The notes: generated by a model from the letters alone, not told the origin. A stretch of 64,000 nucleotides of DNA from an uncultured Gemmatimonadales bacterium (GCA_963708135.1 OY970192.1:3808001-3872000), one strand, 5' to 3'. Positions 1 through 11,270 are shown, numbered from the stretch's first letter. Made by a program: numbers and translations.

Positions 1-1137
1 GGCGGCGCGACCCATCGCCGCGCGCAGGGACGGGTCGTCCAGCAGCGTGTTCACCGCAGCGGCCAGGTCGCGCGCGAACTGCTCGGGGTGGCGCGGCTCG
101 ACCTCCGTGGGACCGCTGGCCTCCGGCGCCACCAGCAGGCCCGTCTCGCCGTGGGCGACCACCTCGGGGATGCCGCCGACGGCCGAGGCCACGACCGGCG
201 TCTCGCAGGCCATGGCCTCCAGGTTGATGATGCCGAACGGCTCGTAGACGGAGGGGCAGACGAAGATCGCGGCCTCGCTGTAGAGCTGGATGACCTTCTC
301 CCTGGGCAGCATCTCCTCGATCCACAGGATCGGGTGCGCGCTCGCCGAGCGGGCCCGCGCGACGGCGTCGCTCATCTCGCGCGCGATCTCGGGCGTATCG
401 GGCGCGCCCGCGCACAGGACCACCTGCACGCCCGGGCGGAAATCCCTGATCGCGTTCACCAGGTGGACGATCCCCTTCTGGCGCGTGATGCGGCCGACGA
501 ACAGCACGAACGGCACGGCCGGGTCGATCCCCAGCTCCCGCAGCGTCGCCTCCCCCGGCGTCGGCCGGTACTGCGAGAGGTCGATGCCGTTGTGGATCAC
601 GCGGATCCGGTCCATCGGCACGCCGTAGAGCCCGTGCACGTCCCGCCGCATCGACTCCGAGACCGCGACCACGCCGTCGGCGTTCTCGTACGCCGTCGCC
701 TCGATCCACGTCGAGACCCGGTACGCCGCGCCGAGCTGCTCCGCCTTCCACGGCCGGTGCGGCTCGAGCGAGTGCGTCGTCAGCACGAGCGGGACGTCCT
801 GCAGGTGCTTCACCAGGCAGCCGGCCAGGTGCGTGTACCAGGTGTGGCAGTGGACGATGTCCGCGCCCGCGACCCTGCCGCTCATGACGAGGTCGTTCTG
901 CAGCGTCGCGAAGAGCTTCCCGTGCCGCGGGTCGCTCACGGGCAGATCCGCCGGCGGCGACACGCCCTCCACCCTCGGGTTTCCCTCGGAGACGTGCTGG
1001 TCGCCGAAACAGAACACCTGCACGTCGTGCCGCCCCGCGTCGAGCGCCGCCAGCTCGCGCGTCAGGTACTCCACGTGCACGCCGGCGCCGCCGTACACGT
1101 GCGGCGGATACTCATTGGTCAGGATGACGATCCGCAT
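1..1137 (-). CDS. glgA: GT4 glycosyltransferase, glycogen synthase/alpha-maltose-1-phosphate synthase (GlgA/GlgM type); 3' end outside window
   Basis: Absent from the ORF track; translated by hand from ATG 1137: [25 protein letters not shown]..., later HCHTWY and [34 protein letters not shown]. Confidence 0.88.
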   Translation of the reverse strand, partial: MRIVILTNEYPPHVYGGAGVHVEYLTRELAALDAGRHDVQVFCFGDQHVSEGNPRVEGVSPPADLPVSDPRHGKLFATLQNDLVMSGRVAGADIVHCHTWYTHLAGCLVKHLQDVPLVLTTHSLEPHRPWKAEQLGAAYRVSTWIEATAYENADGVVAVSESMRRDVHGLYGVPMDRIRVIHNGIDLSQYRPTPGEATLRELGIDPAVPFVLFVGRITRQKGIVHLVNAIRDFRPGVQVVLCAGAPDTPEIAREMSDAVARARSASAHPILWIEEMLPREKVIQLYSEAAIFVCPSVYEPFGIINLEAMACETPVVASAVGGIPEVVAHGETGLLVAPEASGPTEVEPRHPEQFARDLAAAVNTLLDDPSLRAAMGRAA

Positions 1138-1286
1138 CGCAGTTCCGAAGTTCGGGTCATCGCCACGGCGCCGCCCGCCCGCCCGCCGCAGATTATACGC
1201 CGGAGCCGCGGGCGGCGCCGGGCTTCCCCTTGTCTCGATCCCGCCGCCGTGGTAGCGTCGGAAGTACACCCCCACCGGAGACTCGC

Positions 1287-1742
1287 ATGGCGATCACCCT
1301 CCGCATCAACGGGCGCTCCCGACGGCTCGAGGTCGAGCCCGACACCCCCCTGCTCTGGGTACTCCGCGACGCCGCCGGGCTCGTCGGCACGAAGTACGGC
1401 TGCGGCATCGGAGCCTGCGGCGCCTGCACGGTCCACCTCGACGGCAAGCCGACCCGCTCGTGCCGCACGCCGGTGTCCGAGGTCGGAGACCGCGCGATCA
1501 CCACGATCGAAGGACTGTCACCCGACGTGACGCACGCGGTGCAGAAGGCGTGGATCGCCGAGGAGGTCCCGCAGTGCGGCTACTGCCAGTCGGGCCAGGT
1601 CATGTCCGCCGCCGCGCTCCTGGCCGGGAACGGGAGTCCGACGGACGACGACATCGATCGCGCGATGTCGGGCAACATCTGCCGGTGCGGCACCTACGAC
1701 CGGATCCGGCGCGCGATCCACCGCGCCGCGCGGGAGGGCTGA
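1287..1742 (+). CDS. (2Fe-2S)-binding small subunit, isoquinoline/aldehyde oxidoreductase family (IorA-like)
   Basis: [25 protein letters not shown] and GNICRCGTY motifs; GGAG before ATG 1287. Confidence 0.92.
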   Translation: MAITLRINGRSRRLEVEPDTPLLWVLRDAAGLVGTKYGCGIGACGACTVHLDGKPTRSCRTPVSEVGDRAITTIEGLSPDVTHAVQKAWIAEEVPQCGYCQSGQVMSAAALLAGNGSPTDDDIDRAMSGNICRCGTYDRIRRAIHRAAREG

Positions 1743-1745
1743 GCC

Positions 1746-3881
1746 ATGGCGACCATCACGAAGCTCGACCGGCGCGATTTCCTCAAGCTGACCGCGGCCG
1801 CGGGCGGCGGGCTGCTGCTCGGCATCTACCCCGACCTCGCGCGTGGTGATACCGCAACGACCGGCGCCGGCGCGCTCCAGCCGAACGCGTTCGTGCGTGT
1901 GGGCAATGACGGCACGGTGACGATCTGGTCGGCGCGCTCGGACATGGGGCAGGGCGTCCGCACGGCAATGCCGATGATCGTGGCCGACGAGCTCGACGCC
2001 GACTGGAGCACGGTCCGCATCCTTCAGGCGGATGCCGACCCGAGCCGGTACGGCCGCATGATGACGGTCGGCAGCTCCAGCGTGCGGGGCCACGCCTGGA
2101 TGGCGCTGCGCCAGGCGGGCGCCACCGCGCGCCAGATGCTGGTGGCCGCGGCCGCCGCAGAGTGGCGCGTGCCCGCGGCGGACTGTCGTACGGAGAGCGG
2201 CCGGGTGTTCCACGACGCGTCGAAGCGGTCCGTGTCCTACGGCGACATCGCCAGCGCGGCGGCGGCCATGCCCGTCCCGGCCGAGCCGCGGCTCAAGGAC
2301 CCGAAGGACTTCAAGCTGATCGGCAAGCGCATCCCGCTGGTCAACACGAAGCAGAAGGTCTCGGGCCGCGCCGCCTACGGCATCGACGCGCGCGTCCCCG
2401 GGATGAGTTTCGCCACGGTCGTGCATCCGCCGGTGTTCGGCGACTCGGTCCGCTCGTTCGATGCCACGCAGACGCGCGCGGTACCGGGCGTGAAGGAAGT
2501 CGTCCGCATCCCGAGCGGCGTCGCCGTCGTCGCCGGGAACACCTGGGCCGCGATCAAGGGGGCGCGCGCGCTCACGGTCGAGTGGCAGAGCGGCGGCTTC
2601 GCGATGAGCAGCGACGGGATCTTCCAGAGCCTCGCCGAGCTCGCCCGCACGCCCGGCATGCAGGCGCGCAGCGAGGGCGACGTCGAAGCGGCGCTGTCGG
2701 CGGCGCCGCACGTGGTCGAGGCGACGTACCAGGCCCCGTACCTCGCCCACGCCACCATGGAGCCGATGAACTGCACGGCCGATGTGCGCGCCGACCGCTG
2801 CGAGATCTGGGCGCCGACGCAGAACCCGCAGGGCACGCAGCACGCGGCCGCGCAGCTCACCGGCCTGCCGATCGACAAGGTCACGGTGCACGTGACGTAC
2901 CTCGGGTGCGGCTGGGGGCGGCGCTCGCGCACGGACTTCGTGGAGGATGCGGTCGCGACCTCGAAGGCGATCGGCGCGCCGGTGCAGGTGCTGTGGACGC
3001 GGGAAGAGGACATGCGGCACGACCAGTACCGGCCGGCGGCGCACGTGGAGTTCCAGGGCGCGCTGGACGCGCGGGGTCGCGTGACCGCGCTCCGCGCACG
3101 CATCGCCACGCCACCGATCTCCGGGCGAGGCGATGGGGTGGACGGCCCGGCGGTGGACGCCATCGCGACCACGCCGTACGCCATCCCGAACCTGCGCGTC
3201 GATTACGGCAGGCCCGACATCGGCGTGCCGGTAGGGTACTGGCGCTCGGTCGGCCCGTCGCAGAACGCGTTCTTCATCGAGAGCTTCATCGACGAGCTGG
3301 CGTATGCAGCGAAGCGCGACCCGCTCGACGTGCGGCTCGAGCTGCTGTCCGGCACGCCGCGGCTGAAGCACGTGCTCGAGGTCGCCGCGGAACGCTCGGC
3401 CTGGAAGACGCCGGCTCCGGCCGGGCGGGCGCGCGGCCTGGCCGTCGCCGAGCTCGACGGCTCCTACGTCGCCGAAGTGGCCGAGGTCTCGGTGGACAAC
3501 GGTCGCCCGCGCGTCCACAAGGTCTGGTGTGTGGCCGACTGCGGCCGCGTGATGCACCCCGGCATCGTCGAGGCGCAGCTCATGGGCGCCATCATCGGCG
3601 GCCTCACCGCGGCGCTCTACGGCGACATCACCGTCGAGAACGGGCGCGTCCAGCAGGGGAACTTCAACGACTACCGCATGGTGCGGATGAGGGAGGCGCC
3701 GGAGTACGACATCTTCCTCGTCCAGAGCGAGGAGGAGCCGGGCGGCGCGGGCGAGCCCGGCGTGCCGCAGATCGCGCCGGCGGTCGCGAACGCGATCTTC
3801 CGTCTGACGCGCACGCGCGTGCGCCGGCTGCCGATCCGACTGGCGACCCGCGCGGCGGTCGGAGCGCAGAGGTCGCGGTAG
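1746..3881 (+). CDS. Molybdopterin-binding large subunit, xanthine dehydrogenase family (IorB-like), Tat-exported
   Basis: DRRDFLK Tat signal; SDMGQGV, APYLAHATMEPMN, WRSVG and GAGEPG motifs; 3 bp after the small subunit. Confidence 0.92.
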   Translation: MATITKLDRRDFLKLTAAAGGGLLLGIYPDLARGDTATTGAGALQPNAFVRVGNDGTVTIWSARSDMGQGVRTAMPMIVADELDADWSTVRILQADADPSRYGRMMTVGSSSVRGHAWMALRQAGATARQMLVAAAAAEWRVPAADCRTESGRVFHDASKRSVSYGDIASAAAAMPVPAEPRLKDPKDFKLIGKRIPLVNTKQKVSGRAAYGIDARVPGMSFATVVHPPVFGDSVRSFDATQTRAVPGVKEVVRIPSGVAVVAGNTWAAIKGARALTVEWQSGGFAMSSDGIFQSLAELARTPGMQARSEGDVEAALSAAPHVVEATYQAPYLAHATMEPMNCTADVRADRCEIWAPTQNPQGTQHAAAQLTGLPIDKVTVHVTYLGCGWGRRSRTDFVEDAVATSKAIGAPVQVLWTREEDMRHDQYRPAAHVEFQGALDARGRVTALRARIATPPISGRGDGVDGPAVDAIATTPYAIPNLRVDYGRPDIGVPVGYWRSVGPSQNAFFIESFIDELAYAAKRDPLDVRLELLSGTPRLKHVLEVAAERSAWKTPAPAGRARGLAVAELDGSYVAEVAEVSVDNGRPRVHKVWCVADCGRVMHPGIVEAQLMGAIIGGLTAALYGDITVENGRVQQGNFNDYRMVRMREAPEYDIFLVQSEEEPGGAGEPGVPQIAPAVANAIFRLTRTRVRRLPIRLATRAAVGAQRSR

Positions 3882-3887
3882 GCGGCG

Positions 3888-6551
3888 TCACTCCGCACGT
3901 AGCGAGACAGTGGGGTCCACCCCCGCGGCTCGCCGCGCCGGCGCCCACGCGGCGACGCCCGCCACCAGCGTCATGAGCGCGAGCACGCCTACGTAGGTGG
4001 TCAGGTCCAGGCGCGACACGCCGAAGAGCATCGAGGCGAGCAGTTGGCTCGCGGCATAGGCGCCGGCGAGCCCGATCACCGCCCCGATCGAAATGAGGGA
4101 AAGAGCGTGGCCGACCACGCCTCCGACCACGTCGCCCGGGCTCGCGCCCAGCGCGGAACGGATCCCGATCTCGCGGGTCCGCTCGCTCACGCTCCCCGAG
4201 ACCACCCCATAGAGCCCTACCGCGGCCAGCAGGAGCGCGGCCAGCGCGAAGGCTTCCATCGCGGAGAGGGCGAAACGCCGCTGCCCGGCCGACGCGGCGA
4301 TGAAGCCGTCCATCGTCTCGACGCGCACGATCGGCACGTCCGCGCTCACCGACCAGATCGCGCGCTTCAGCGCCGGCACGAGGGCCGCGGGGTCGCCTCC
4401 GCTCGAGCGCACGACGAGCGACTCCACGTTGTCCACCCAATCCCATTGGCCGTCCACCACGTAGAAGGCGTCGGGCGCGCGCACGGCGAGCGAGTACTGC
4501 TTCACGTCGCCCACCACCCCGACGACGATGTCCCACGGCCGATCGCCCCCCATCTCCGGTCCGAAGCGCGCGCGTTTCCCGATGGGATCGGCGGTTCCGA
4601 AGAGCCTGCGAGCGAAGGACTCGTTGATGACCACCGCTTCGGGAGCGCCCGGGCGATCGGTGGCGTCGAGCAGCCGCCCGCGGACGAGGGGGATTCCCAT
4701 CGTCCGGAACCAGCTCGGCGTGACGGCGTAGCGCAGCGCGCTCCCGTCGGCTCCGGCCTTCGACTCCGGCCGGTCCTGCCACTCGTATCCGTAGCCGTCC
4801 ACATCGCCGCTCAGCGGGAGCTGGCTCGTGAAGGCCGCGCGCTCCACGCCTGGCACCGCGCGCACCGCCTCCAGCGTCTGCTGGAGGAACTGGAGGCGGG
4901 CGGTGTCCGAGTCGAACGTGTGGCCGGCCTCGACGACCTGCATCGACACCAGGTGCGAGGGGTCGAAGCCGGGCGTGACCGACATCAGCCGCTGCACGCT
5001 CCGCAGGAGCAGCCCGGCGCTCACCAGAAGGACGAGCGCGAGCGCCACCTCGGCGACGACGAGCGCGTTGCGCGCGCCCCCGCGCGAGGCCGTCGCACGG
5101 CGTCCGAGGCGACCGAGCTGCCGCGCGACCTCCGAGCGGAGCACACCCAGCGCGGGCGCCAGCCCGACCACGATCCCCACGAGCGCGGCGAGCACCAGGC
5201 CGAACGTGAAGACGCGGCCGTCCAGACGGATGGCATCGAGGCGCGGGAGCCCCGGCGGCGCGAGCGCCACCAGGCCCTGCACGCCGAGCTGCGCGACCCC
5301 GAGGCCGAGCACCCCACCCACCAACGCCAGCACGACGCTCTCGGTGAGAAGCTGCCGGACGAGCCGGCGGCGCGGGGCGCCGAGCGCGAGCCGCATCGCG
5401 AACTCGGCACGGCGCTGCGCGCCCCGCGCGAGCAGGAGGTTCGCCACATTCACCGATGCGGTCGCCAGGAGGAGCAGCACCGCGCCGATCATGGCGAAGA
5501 GGGACGCGCGGACCCGGCCGCTCACGACGTCCTGGAGAGGACGCACGGCAAGTCCGTGCTCGAGGTTGGCCCAGTAAGGGCGGGGGAACTGCGGGAGCGG
5601 CACCTCTCCGATGGCGACGGACTCCCGTGTAGCGGCCTCGGCGGTCGTCCCCGCGGCCAGCCGCGCCACGAGCTGATAATGGTGGCCCCACTCACGGGTG
5701 TCGAGCTCGGCCGTCGCGCGCTCCCGCAGAGGCGACCAGACGCTCGTGGCCGGCGCGATCACGTTCGTGAAGCCGTGCGGCATCACCCCGATCACCAGAT
5801 ACGGATCCCCGTTCAGGTCGATCGTGCGCCCCACGACCGCGCGAGCTCCGCCGAACCGCCGCTCCGCGAGCCCGGCGCTCAGAATGGCGACGTTGGGCGC
5901 GCCCGGCTGCTCGTCCGCCGCGGTGAACCCGCGCCCTACCACCGGCACCGCCCCGAAGACGCCGAAGCAGCCCGCGGTCACGCGCTCCCCGCCGAGCTGC
6001 TCCGGCTCGCCCGTGCCGGTCAGCGACGGCCGCCACGGGTCGGCGGCGGCCAGCGCCTCGAAGGAGTGGCTGCGCGCCTGGATCTCCTGGAACGTCCCGA
6101 GCGTGGCAGGCATCGGAACGCCATCCCGGTTGCGGTCGTCCACGGTGACCAGGCGGCGCGCGCTCGGGAAGGGAAGCGGCTCCAGCAGAATCGGGCTCGC
6201 CACGCTGAACACCGCGGCGCTCGCGCCGATGCCGACGGCCAACGTCGCCACCGCCGTCACGGTGAACGCGGGGCTCCTCCAGAGACGCCGCAGCGCGTAG
6301 CGCGCGTCCAGCACCGTCGTCTCGACAACCCGCTCCCACCCCGACGTGCGCACCTCCTCGCGCACCATGCCGGCGTCCCCGATCTCCAGGCGCGCCGCCC
6401 GGCGCGCCTCCTCCGGCGTGAGCCCCCGCGCACGGTGGGCCGCGATGGTGCGCTCGAAGTAGTCCCGGACCTCGTCGGCCACATCGCCGTCGGCCTCGCC
6501 CGGGCGGAAGAGCGCCCGCAGCCCGCGCACCAATGGACGCAGCGGCGACAT
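3888..6551 (-). CDS. ABC transporter permease, duplicated MacB/FtsX type (ADOP-like)
   Basis: Two MacB-periplasmic + FtsX modules; NVANLLLARG and ERTREIGIRSALGA motifs; follows PadR. Confidence 0.9.
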   Translation of the reverse strand: MSPLRPLVRGLRALFRPGEADGDVADEVRDYFERTIAAHRARGLTPEEARRAARLEIGDAGMVREEVRTSGWERVVETTVLDARYALRRLWRSPAFTVTAVATLAVGIGASAAVFSVASPILLEPLPFPSARRLVTVDDRNRDGVPMPATLGTFQEIQARSHSFEALAAADPWRPSLTGTGEPEQLGGERVTAGCFGVFGAVPVVGRGFTAADEQPGAPNVAILSAGLAERRFGGARAVVGRTIDLNGDPYLVIGVMPHGFTNVIAPATSVWSPLRERATAELDTREWGHHYQLVARLAAGTTAEAATRESVAIGEVPLPQFPRPYWANLEHGLAVRPLQDVVSGRVRASLFAMIGAVLLLLATASVNVANLLLARGAQRRAEFAMRLALGAPRRRLVRQLLTESVVLALVGGVLGLGVAQLGVQGLVALAPPGLPRLDAIRLDGRVFTFGLVLAALVGIVVGLAPALGVLRSEVARQLGRLGRRATASRGGARNALVVAEVALALVLLVSAGLLLRSVQRLMSVTPGFDPSHLVSMQVVEAGHTFDSDTARLQFLQQTLEAVRAVPGVERAAFTSQLPLSGDVDGYGYEWQDRPESKAGADGSALRYAVTPSWFRTMGIPLVRGRLLDATDRPGAPEAVVINESFARRLFGTADPIGKRARFGPEMGGDRPWDIVVGVVGDVKQYSLAVRAPDAFYVVDGQWDWVDNVESLVVRSSGGDPAALVPALKRAIWSVSADVPIVRVETMDGFIAASAGQRRFALSAMEAFALAALLLAAVGLYGVVSGSVSERTREIGIRSALGASPGDVVGGVVGHALSLISIGAVIGLAGAYAASQLLASMLFGVSRLDLTTYVGVLALMTLVAGVAAWAPARRAAGVDPTVSLRAE

Positions 6552-6554
6552 GCG

Positions 6555-6899
6555 TCAGCCCTCCGCCTCGAGCAGCCGTATAACCGCCGCCGAGCGCCGC
6601 TTCCAATCGGCCGTCTCGGCCTCCAGACGCTTCCGGCCGGCGCGCGTGAGGGTGTAGTACCTGGCGCGGCGCGCGTTCTCCGTCTGGCGCCACTCGGCGT
6701 CCAGCAGGCCCGCGCGCTCGAGGCGCTGGAGCGCGGTGAGCAGCGAGCCGGGGTTCACCTTGAATACGTCGCGCGAGATCTGCTCGATGCGCCGCGCGAT
6801 CCCGAAGCCGTGCATCGGCTCCAGGCTGAGGGTCTTGAGGACGAGCAGATCCAGCGTCCCCTGGATGACGTCGGTTTTGGGCTGATTCGGCTGATCCAT
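6555..6899 (-). CDS. PadR family transcriptional regulator
   Basis: QGTLDLLVLKTL, HGFGIARRIEQ and RRARYYTLT motifs. Confidence 0.92.
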   Translation of the reverse strand: MDQPNQPKTDVIQGTLDLLVLKTLSLEPMHGFGIARRIEQISRDVFKVNPGSLLTALQRLERAGLLDAEWRQTENARRARYYTLTRAGRKRLEAETADWKRRSAAVIRLLEAEG

Positions 6900-6922
6900 G
6901 GCGACAGGATACCGCCGCTCAT

Positions 6923-6938
6923 CATGATTGTCAACATG
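6923..6938. promoter_or_regulatory. Candidate PadR operator (CATG-N8-CATG)
   Basis: AT-rich dyad CATGATTGTCAACATG about 25 bp upstream of padR. Confidence 0.45.
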
Positions 6939-7213
6939 TGAGGGTCAGGGGCAAGCTGCATCCGACCGACGCGGCACTCCGCCGCGGGCCCCCCGAGGTC
7001 CGGCGGGAGAGTGCAGCACCACCCGGCGGATGCCCGGGCCGAGGCAGTCCTCCGGAGGCCGGAAGTCGGTGGTGGGGTGGACGGATCGGCCGCGACCGGC
7101 TTGCTTTATGGCCTAGAGTACTTTAACGTTCGGCCGTTCCTGGACCTGCTGGCACGCCAGACGCCGGCCCTGGCGGCCGCGTGGGCATCCGACGATCTGC
7201 TGGGGCGGTGACG

Positions 7214-9121
7214 ATGACGACATCACTGATGGGCCGGGCCGGCCGCTACCTGGGCGATGCGCTACGCGGCGTCCGTCGGGCTCCCGTGGAGGTGATCGCC
7301 ACGCTCGTGGTGGCGGCAACGTTCTCCTGGGCGTTGCAGTCGAAGGCGGGCGATGCGGCGTTCCGGGCGTGGTCGGAGATCGCGGTGGCGTGTGCGCTGC
7401 TGCTCGTCCTCGCCTGGACGGGGACGCTGCTGCACGCGATGGGGCGGTGGGACGCGGCGCGGCGTTGGGCGTTCACGTTGGGCGGCGCGCTCGTCGTGGG
7501 GATCTACGCCTGGACGCTGGCGGACTTCCGCTACGAGGCGGAGGCCTGGCGCGCGGGGCTGCTCCTGGCCGCGGCGGTGGTGTGGCTGGTGGCGCTGCCG
7601 GCGTTCGGCGGGCGAGGCGAGTCCGGCGAGGAGCGGACCGTGCGGATGCGTCGCGTGGACGGCCGTTTCGTTCTCCGCGTCATCGGCGCGGTGCTGTACG
7701 GCGCCGCCCTCTTCGCCGGCCTGGCGCTGGCGCTCGCCGCGGTGGACAACCTCTTCGAGCTGCATTTCGAGGGAGAGATCTACGGACACGTCTGGGGGTG
7801 GATCGCGTTCGTGCTGATCCCGTGGATCGTGCTCGGAGGCCTGGAGGATTACGTCCGCGCCCCGGCGGAGCCCGGGCCGGCCGGGGGACCTGGAGCGAGT
7901 GGAGAAACGGCGGGGCCGGCCGGCGCGGGGTCGTCCGGGGTCGCCTCCGTCGCCTGGCGAATCGCCCTGTGGCTGGTGCCGCCGCTGCTCGCGCTGTACA
8001 CGCTGATCCTCTACGCGTACGTGGTCCGGATCCTGGTGACGGGGGAGATCCCGAAGAACCTGGTCTCGCCAATGGTGCTGGCGGCGGGCGGGCTGGCGGC
8101 GCTGGCGCTGCTGCTGTTCGATCCGAGGCCGGGCCGCGGCGGCCTCGCCCGGGGGCTCCGACTCGCACCCGCACTGTTCCTGCCGCTGGCGCCGCTGGGG
8201 TACTGGGCGCTGCTGGCGCGCATCGGCCAGTATGGCTGGACGGAGTTCCGGGTGGTACGACTGGTCGTGCTGAGCGCGCTGGTGGCGCTGGCGATCGCGG
8301 CGGGGATCCAGCTCGTGCGACGGCGCGCGTTCACCCTCCACGCGGCGCCCGTCGTGCTCGCGGTGGCCTTCCTGCTGAGCGCCGTGGGGCCCTGGAGCGC
8401 GCTGGCCGTCTCGCGGCGGAGTCAGGAAGGGAGGCTGGCCGGGGCGCTGGCGGAGGTGGGGAGCGCGCGCCAAGCGGCCCCCCCGCCGACCGCCGCGGCC
8501 ACGGCTGGGCCGACCGCCGACTCGTCGCGGGTGGTGCCCGCCGCGGCGTACGCGCAGATCCGCGAGAGCGCGCGTTACCTGGCCGGGCACTTCGGCCCCC
8601 GTGCGCTGCCCGCGCGCCTGGCCGGCTTCGCGGGGGAGCAGTCGGAGGGGGTGGACTACGCGGCGCGGCTGGGACTCCGGCCTGATTCGCCCGCCGCGCG
8701 GGAGGGACTCGCCATCGGCGGAACGCTCGGCCGGGGATTGCCCCTCGAGATCGGAGGCGGAACCGCCTACCGGGTCTCCTGGACGAGGGGCCCGCGCGGG
8801 CAGGATCGCCCGGAGGGCGCGGTCGCGCCCGGGGATCGGAGCCCGGTCGGCGTCGCCTTGCGCAGCGGCCTGCAACTCGAGCTGAGCGTCGGCGGGCGGG
8901 TGCTTGCGGCGGACCTGGGCCCGCTGATGCGCGAGCTCGAGCGGACGGCCGACCCGCGCGGGCCCGGCCAGCTGCCGCCGAACCACGCGCTCGTGCCGCT
9001 CGCCGACACGGCCGGGGACCGGGCCGGCGACTTCGTGGTCTGGGATCTCAGGGCGTATGCGGATTCCACTGGTTGGCGGCTCCAGCGGGTGGAAGGGCTG
9101 GCGGTGGTGAGCCGGAGGTGA
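7214..9121 (+). CDS. Polytopic membrane protein, DUF4153-like
   Basis: Many hydrophobic helices; RIGQYGWTEFR and GPWSALAVSRRSQ motifs; start uncertain (7208 GTG or 7214 ATG). Confidence 0.7.
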   Translation: MTTSLMGRAGRYLGDALRGVRRAPVEVIATLVVAATFSWALQSKAGDAAFRAWSEIAVACALLLVLAWTGTLLHAMGRWDAARRWAFTLGGALVVGIYAWTLADFRYEAEAWRAGLLLAAAVVWLVALPAFGGRGESGEERTVRMRRVDGRFVLRVIGAVLYGAALFAGLALALAAVDNLFELHFEGEIYGHVWGWIAFVLIPWIVLGGLEDYVRAPAEPGPAGGPGASGETAGPAGAGSSGVASVAWRIALWLVPPLLALYTLILYAYVVRILVTGEIPKNLVSPMVLAAGGLAALALLLFDPRPGRGGLARGLRLAPALFLPLAPLGYWALLARIGQYGWTEFRVVRLVVLSALVALAIAAGIQLVRRRAFTLHAAPVVLAVAFLLSAVGPWSALAVSRRSQEGRLAGALAEVGSARQAAPPPTAAATAGPTADSSRVVPAAAYAQIRESARYLAGHFGPRALPARLAGFAGEQSEGVDYAARLGLRPDSPAAREGLAIGGTLGRGLPLEIGGGTAYRVSWTRGPRGQDRPEGAVAPGDRSPVGVALRSGLQLELSVGGRVLAADLGPLMRELERTADPRGPGQLPPNHALVPLADTAGDRAGDFVVWDLRAYADSTGWRLQRVEGLAVVSRR

Positions 9122-9194
9122 GGGGCCGAAGCACCGCGGGTAGTGTGGCGCGGGGCGTCGGCGGGAACGTTTCTGGCGGGCGCACCACGACGCC

Positions 9195-10625
9195 ATGAAA
9201 CTGACATCTGCTTCGCCGAAACGAACGATCGCGACGATCGCATTCGGAGCCGTCCTGGCGCTCGCCGCATGCCGGCGTGACGCCAGGAACGACACCGAGG
9301 ATCTGATCGACGCCACGCCGCCGCCGCCGCCACCGGTCCAGGTGTCACGCTTCAGCGTGCCGCTCCATTACGACTTTACAGCCGTGCTGCGCGACGTCGA
9401 GCGCGTCGTGCCGACGACGCTCGGCTCGCTGGACAGCGTCCGGATGGTCGGCAACGACACTCACCACCATTACGCATTCGAGGCGGATCGCGGTCCGTTT
9501 ACCGCCTTTGCCGAAGGGCGGCTCCTGCATCTGCGCGCAACGCTCTCCTATACCGCACGCGGCTTCTACAAACCGGTGATTGGTCCCACGATCAGCGCCG
9601 GTTGCGGCGGCGACTCCGTGCGCCCGCGCATCGTCGTCGAGCTGGCGACGCCGATCACGCTCACCGCCGATTGGCACCTCGCCTCGCATGCCGAGCTCGT
9701 CCACCTCGAACCCGCGTCCACCGAGCAGCGCGACCGCTGCGACGTGAGCATCCTGCATTACGACGTCACGGATCGCGTCATCGACGCGGCGCGAGCCGGG
9801 ATCGCAGCTCATCTGTCCGACATCGACAGCAAGATCGGCGAAGTCGAGGTGCGCGATCTCTTTGTCGGCTGGTGGGGGCTGCTGTCTCAACCGATTCAGC
9901 TGACGGATGGGGTGTGGCTGACGCTCGGACCCGAGCGCCTGCGGATCGGTCGAGTGAGTGGCGAAGGTCACGTGCTGACCGTGCCGGTCACCCTCGACGC
10001 ACATCCGCGGATCGTGACGTCGGTCGATGAGCCGCACGTCGATACCCTTCCGCTTCCCCCGCTCGGCCGCGACACGGTCGCCAACGGCTTTCACGTCGTG
10101 ATGGATGGATTGGTCGACTACGAGGCCGCGACCCTGGCCGTAGGCGTCGCGCTCGCCAACAAGAGCATCACCGAAGCTGGAAAGACCGTCACGATATCGT
10201 CGGTGCGAGTCAACCCGGCGTCCCAACGACGTCTCGCGCTCTCCGTTACCTTCACCGGCGACGCGAACGGTACGCTCCTGCTCCTCGGCACGCCGGTCCT
10301 CGACTCGACGAAGCTCGAAATTGCGGTGCCGGATCTCGACTACGACCTCGCCACGGACAGTCAGCTCCTCAACACGTACGCGTGGCTTCGGTCCAATGCG
10401 CTGCGATCGACACTGCGTGAAGAAGCCCATGTCCCTGTCGCACCGACGCTCGACCGCGCCAAAGACCTCCTGCTCCAGGGCCTGAATCGCAAGATTGGCG
10501 ATGTGCTGACACTCAGCGCGACCGTCGATACGGTCGCGGTGCGCGGAGTATACGTGACGCGCGCCGGCATCGTCGTGCGCGCCGAGGCGACAGGCCAGGC
10601 CGGCGTAGCGGTCAGGCAGCGCTGA
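9195..10625 (+). CDS. DUF4403-like lipoprotein
   Basis: Lipobox LAAC, Pro-rich linker, WGLLSQPIQL..WLTLGP motif, beta-rich 476 aa. Confidence 0.65.
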   Translation: MKLTSASPKRTIATIAFGAVLALAACRRDARNDTEDLIDATPPPPPPVQVSRFSVPLHYDFTAVLRDVERVVPTTLGSLDSVRMVGNDTHHHYAFEADRGPFTAFAEGRLLHLRATLSYTARGFYKPVIGPTISAGCGGDSVRPRIVVELATPITLTADWHLASHAELVHLEPASTEQRDRCDVSILHYDVTDRVIDAARAGIAAHLSDIDSKIGEVEVRDLFVGWWGLLSQPIQLTDGVWLTLGPERLRIGRVSGEGHVLTVPVTLDAHPRIVTSVDEPHVDTLPLPPLGRDTVANGFHVVMDGLVDYEAATLAVGVALANKSITEAGKTVTISSVRVNPASQRRLALSVTFTGDANGTLLLLGTPVLDSTKLEIAVPDLDYDLATDSQLLNTYAWLRSNALRSTLREEAHVPVAPTLDRAKDLLLQGLNRKIGDVLTLSATVDTVAVRGVYVTRAGIVVRAEATGQAGVAVRQR

Positions 10626-11270
10626 AGCCCGCTGCACGGGCTTCGCACCGGCACACTCTACGACGAGGCGCCCCCCTCGTGACGCCTGGGCCGGGTTCAG
10701 CGTGATCCCCGGGAGCGCCCGCGCCACCCGCCGGCGACCGGGGGTGTCATGATCGGGCTGTCCAAAACGTTGTAGTGATATCCCAAGTTCTTCGCGCTTC
10801 GATCAGAGTCAACGCGTGCCATGGCGACGGGCGCCGTACCGGCCGCGCAGGAGCGGCACATATCGGGTTCAAGCTTCCGCTACCGCACTGTCCAGATCCG
10901 GCGCGGCGCCCCCACGCATTTAGGCCAGTCTCATCCTGCTGGCGGCCGCCGCGTCCCGCCGGGACCACAGCCGGGCCGGGGAATCGCCCGATTCGCGATT
11001 CCAACTATCTCTCTATCCACAGGGGGTCTCTATTGGCTCCAATCGACTCTCGTTGACCAACGCTCCAACGCGCATGACACCCCGGCTGTGTAGACCCTGC
11101 GGGCAGCACGAGTTGGACGCGACGGCACCCGGCGCTGCTCGGGCGAGGTCTCCTGTACGGCCGCCAGTGCAATCGGACGAATCAGGCGCAAGCTGAAGTT
11201 GTCCAGCAATGCGTTCGGGCGCTGAACGCGTTGGGAAAGGATCCTCAAATCCGGAGAGGGGCCTCTCATC

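Noticed and set aside
88..1530. Long + strand ORF, and many similar long overlapping ORFs (e.g. 4044-6941, 48484-50379, 55267-57531)
   Set aside because: Antisense or off-frame shadows of real genes in high-GC DNA; no motifs.
10626..11270. Riboswitch upstream of susC
   Set aside because: No recognisable cobalamin, TPP, c-di-GMP or SAM consensus by eye; needs an Rfam scan.
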